From sequence record MK250029.1: a stretch of 32,000 nucleotides of DNA; one strand, 5' to 3'. Both the position numbers and the translations under genes were made by a program. The notes beneath the pieces were generated by a model that worked only from the letters and a program-made list of their open reading frames with translations, ran no database searches and was not told the DNA's origin. This document shows positions 29,959-32,000 of the stretch, piece by piece. Every line of letters starts with the position of its first letter. Position 1 is the first letter of the stretch. Source of the DNA: Prevotella phage Lak-C1.

Positions 29959-30132
29959 ATGAATAAAGTATTAACAATTAAATATATAAAAATTATGATA
30001 ACATTTCTTTTAGGATTTTTCGGTATTATCTTGTTGTTTGCATTTGCATGTGCAGTAATTCCAGTACTATTTAGTATTATTGGTATGGTATTACAATTCA
30101 TTTGGGCAATTTTGACAGGTGATATACGATAA
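29959..30132 (+). CDS. Small membrane protein
   Basis: MNKVLTIKYIKIMITFLLGFFGIILLFAFACAVIPVLFSIIGMVLQFIWAILTGDIR. Confidence 0.7.
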   Translation: MNKVLTIKYIKIMITFLLGFFGIILLFAFACAVIPVLFSIIGMVLQFIWAILTGDIR

Positions 30133-30173
30133 AAATAAAGTTTGTTTCAAACTATAAATGAAACTGGCGGCCT

Positions 30174-30196
30174 GTTATATTTTCTAAAAATATAAC
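30174..30196 (+). other. Small intergenic hairpin
   Basis: gttatattt-tctaa-aaatataac, perfect 9-bp stem. Confidence 0.4.
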
Positions 30197-30232
30197 TTGT
30201 ATAATTAATATAAAAATAAAAATATTTTAATT

Positions 30233-30505
30233 ATGCGTACATGGCTTGATAAAAAAACGAATCAATGGGTATCAGAAAGACCTAAAATTACATGGACAGG
30301 TTTAGTAGATATTAATACTGGTGAAAAAATATTCGAAGATGATACAATTTCTATTATAGATATTTGTACATATCCTATAAAAAACAGAGGACGTAAAATT
30401 ATTACATTAAAACCTAATGATAAACATTTTAATATTTGGACATGTCCTGAATATTATCAAGATGAATGTAAACCAATATTAATTAAGAAAGGAGATACTA
30501 AATGA
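30233..30505 (+). CDS. Hypothetical protein
   Basis: MRTWLDKKTNQWVSERPKITWTGLVDINTG..., TGA stop overlapping the next ATG at 30502. Confidence 0.75.
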   Translation: MRTWLDKKTNQWVSERPKITWTGLVDINTGEKIFEDDTISIIDICTYPIKNRGRKIITLKPNDKHFNIWTCPEYYQDECKPILIKKGDTK

Positions 30506-31218
30506 CTGCAGAATATAATAAAGGTTCAGAATGGTTAAATACTATTTTTAATAAGATTCCTTTTAGCAAAGACTTAGAGAAGTTATGGGATTCAGAAGAG
30601 TATTCAAAACATTATAAAACAGATCATGATACTATAGATATTTCTAAATATGGTCCGTTTTTTGAGACTATTGAAGATGATATTTATAAGTTTTATGAAC
30701 TTATGGAATATGGTTGTAATCATTTATGGATGTATTGGCCTTATAATAAAGAGATTGAAGATAACCTCATAAAGTTGGGTCTTATGTCTGGAAGAAATCG
30801 CAATACACGTTGGTATAATGATCTTACAGAAATTAAGTATGAATATGATTATGAGCTGGGATATATGGGAACTCTAATGAATACATTTGGTAATTATAAT
30901 AAATGTTATTATGATGAAGATTCTATAAGATTTTATCATTTTACATATAATAGTAATTGTCAGTCATTTGGTGGTGTTGTTTTATTTGTAGATAGATTAC
31001 ATCATGATATTTATATATTTGGTATAGGTGAAGATGATGGTTGGATGTTTCCTAATACTACATGGTACCATGATTATGAAAAATATGGTATAAACAAATA
31101 CGAATTGTGGCAACTTTGTGCAATGGTAAATGATGTACATGTAGATAATTTTGATAACCAATTGATTATAGAAAAATTGTACAACGAGTATACAAAATAT
31201 GAACACAAAAACATTTGA
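30502..31218 (+). CDS. Hypothetical protein
   Basis: Complete 238-aa ORF, translationally coupled (ATGA). Confidence 0.75.
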   Translation: MTAEYNKGSEWLNTIFNKIPFSKDLEKLWDSEEYSKHYKTDHDTIDISKYGPFFETIEDDIYKFYELMEYGCNHLWMYWPYNKEIEDNLIKLGLMSGRNRNTRWYNDLTEIKYEYDYELGYMGTLMNTFGNYNKCYYDEDSIRFYHFTYNSNCQSFGGVVLFVDRLHHDIYIFGIGEDDGWMFPNTTWYHDYEKYGINKYELWQLCAMVNDVHVDNFDNQLIIEKLYNEYTKYEHKNI

Positions 31219-31501
31219 TGAATGGTCAAAGTCGTTGGAAACAATGGACTTTGACCATTATTCTTTAGAAATGAAAAACACTATTTTAAAAGGTAATCTT
31301 CCAGATAATGAAAAGAAACTTTTTGAAATTTGTTTTGATTATGTATATAAATTACATAAAGAAAATAAACCTTTAGATGTAAAATTACTGCAAATTCATC
31401 TTGAACAAATTCATGATTTTGAAGAAGTAAAGATGCAGGATTTTATACGTATAGTAATTTTATTAGGATATTGTGGTTTTAATATAACAATGTTGCATTA
31501 A
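31199..31501 (+). CDS. Hypothetical protein
   Basis: Complete 100-aa ORF overlapping the previous gene by 20 nt. Confidence 0.7.
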   Translation: MNTKTFDEWSKSLETMDFDHYSLEMKNTILKGNLPDNEKKLFEICFDYVYKLHKENKPLDVKLLQIHLEQIHDFEEVKMQDFIRIVILLGYCGFNITMLH

Positions 31502-31560
31502 AATATAAACTTTATTGTAATTTTATAATAAAATATACATAATAAATTAATTCAATTTTT

Positions 31561-32000
31561 AATGGACGTTACTAAAATAAAAACATATTTAGCAAGTAAT
31601 AAAGTTTGTTTTGTTACAAACTCATTAGCAATGCCGAGTACGTTATTAGTTTCATCTCTAAAAACATATATAGAATATATTCCTATATAGAATTTCTGGT
31701 TAATTCCTGGTATAAGAGATAATAAACCATTTTATGGAATAGATGCATTTCTTTTAATGTTGAATTATTTCTTATCAAATAAGAATTTTGATTATGTTAT
31801 CTATATAGATGAAGATTGTTTTATAACTGATTTTTATTCATTAGTAAATGAATTTATGAATTTTACAGAAAGTGGTTGTGTATTAGCAGGACCACAAGAT
31901 GGTGGAGTTTTTTGTCATAGAAATCATAGTCGATTGATGATTAATACTTTCTTAAGTTTTTGGAATATAAAATTACTTAGAGATAAAAAAATAACATTTG
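31561..32000 (+). CDS. Glycosyltransferase-like protein, partial at right edge, TAG-recoded
   Basis: MDVTKIKTYLASNKVCFVTNSLAMPSTLLVSSLKTYIEYIPIQ(TAG)NFWLIPGIRDNKPFYGIDAFLLMLNYF...FDYVIYIDEDCFITD...LAGPQDGGVFCHRNH; open to the window end. Confidence 0.65.

Noticed and set aside
29619-30101. Reverse ORFs 29619-29822 and 29919-30101
   Set aside because: Antisense to the DUF3310 gene and to the small membrane protein at 29959.
30140-30232. Riboswitch or attachment site around actggcggcctgttatat
   Set aside because: A short GC-containing patch and a 9-bp hairpin stand out in AT-rich sequence, but there is no recognisable riboswitch or att structure to support a call.
1-32000. Code 4 (TGA = Trp) or standard code
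   Set aside because: TGA ends genes at about 7904, 24285 and 30505, with ATGA overlaps, and Trp is encoded by TGG. The standard code breaks conserved domains at TAG.

Overview
AT-rich 32 kb segment that reads as a phage genome, probably infecting a Bacteroidota host. It uses an alternative code in which TAG is sense (most likely Gln, code 15), while TAA and TGA remain stops (TGA ends genes at about 7904, 24285 and 30505). Many short ORFs in the supplied track are fragments of longer genes read through in-frame TAG. Rebuilt examples are dUTPase (6295-6834), a polysaccharide pyruvyl transferase + glycosyltransferase fusion (13453-15642, 10 TAG codons), three tandem structural-type paralogs (16027-20687), a DUF3310 protein (29325-29885) and a PD-(D/E)XK-like protein (complement 1063-2253, 10 TAG codons). 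The strongest locus is 22292-25590. There a family B DNA polymerase is broken inside its catalytic DTDS motif by what looks like a trans-splicing split intein, with a free-standing Vsr-like homing endonuclease gene between the halves. The N-terminal part of the polymerase is not next to it. Other notable content: an OmpA-like outer-membrane protein, a full-length M13 (neprilysin/PepO-type) metallopeptidase, an IMPDH/GMP-reductase-like enzyme, Nudix, HD, metallophosphoesterase, nucleotidyltransferase and thioredoxin proteins, repeated TATCTTTG Bacteroidota-type promoter boxes, many hairpin terminators, a repeated noncoding block at 5.88-6.21 kb, and a 22-nt duplicated sequence flanking a structured noncoding segment at 15.6-15.9 kb. 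No tRNA, rRNA or CRISPR was found. All calls come from reading sequence and motifs; no database search was run.
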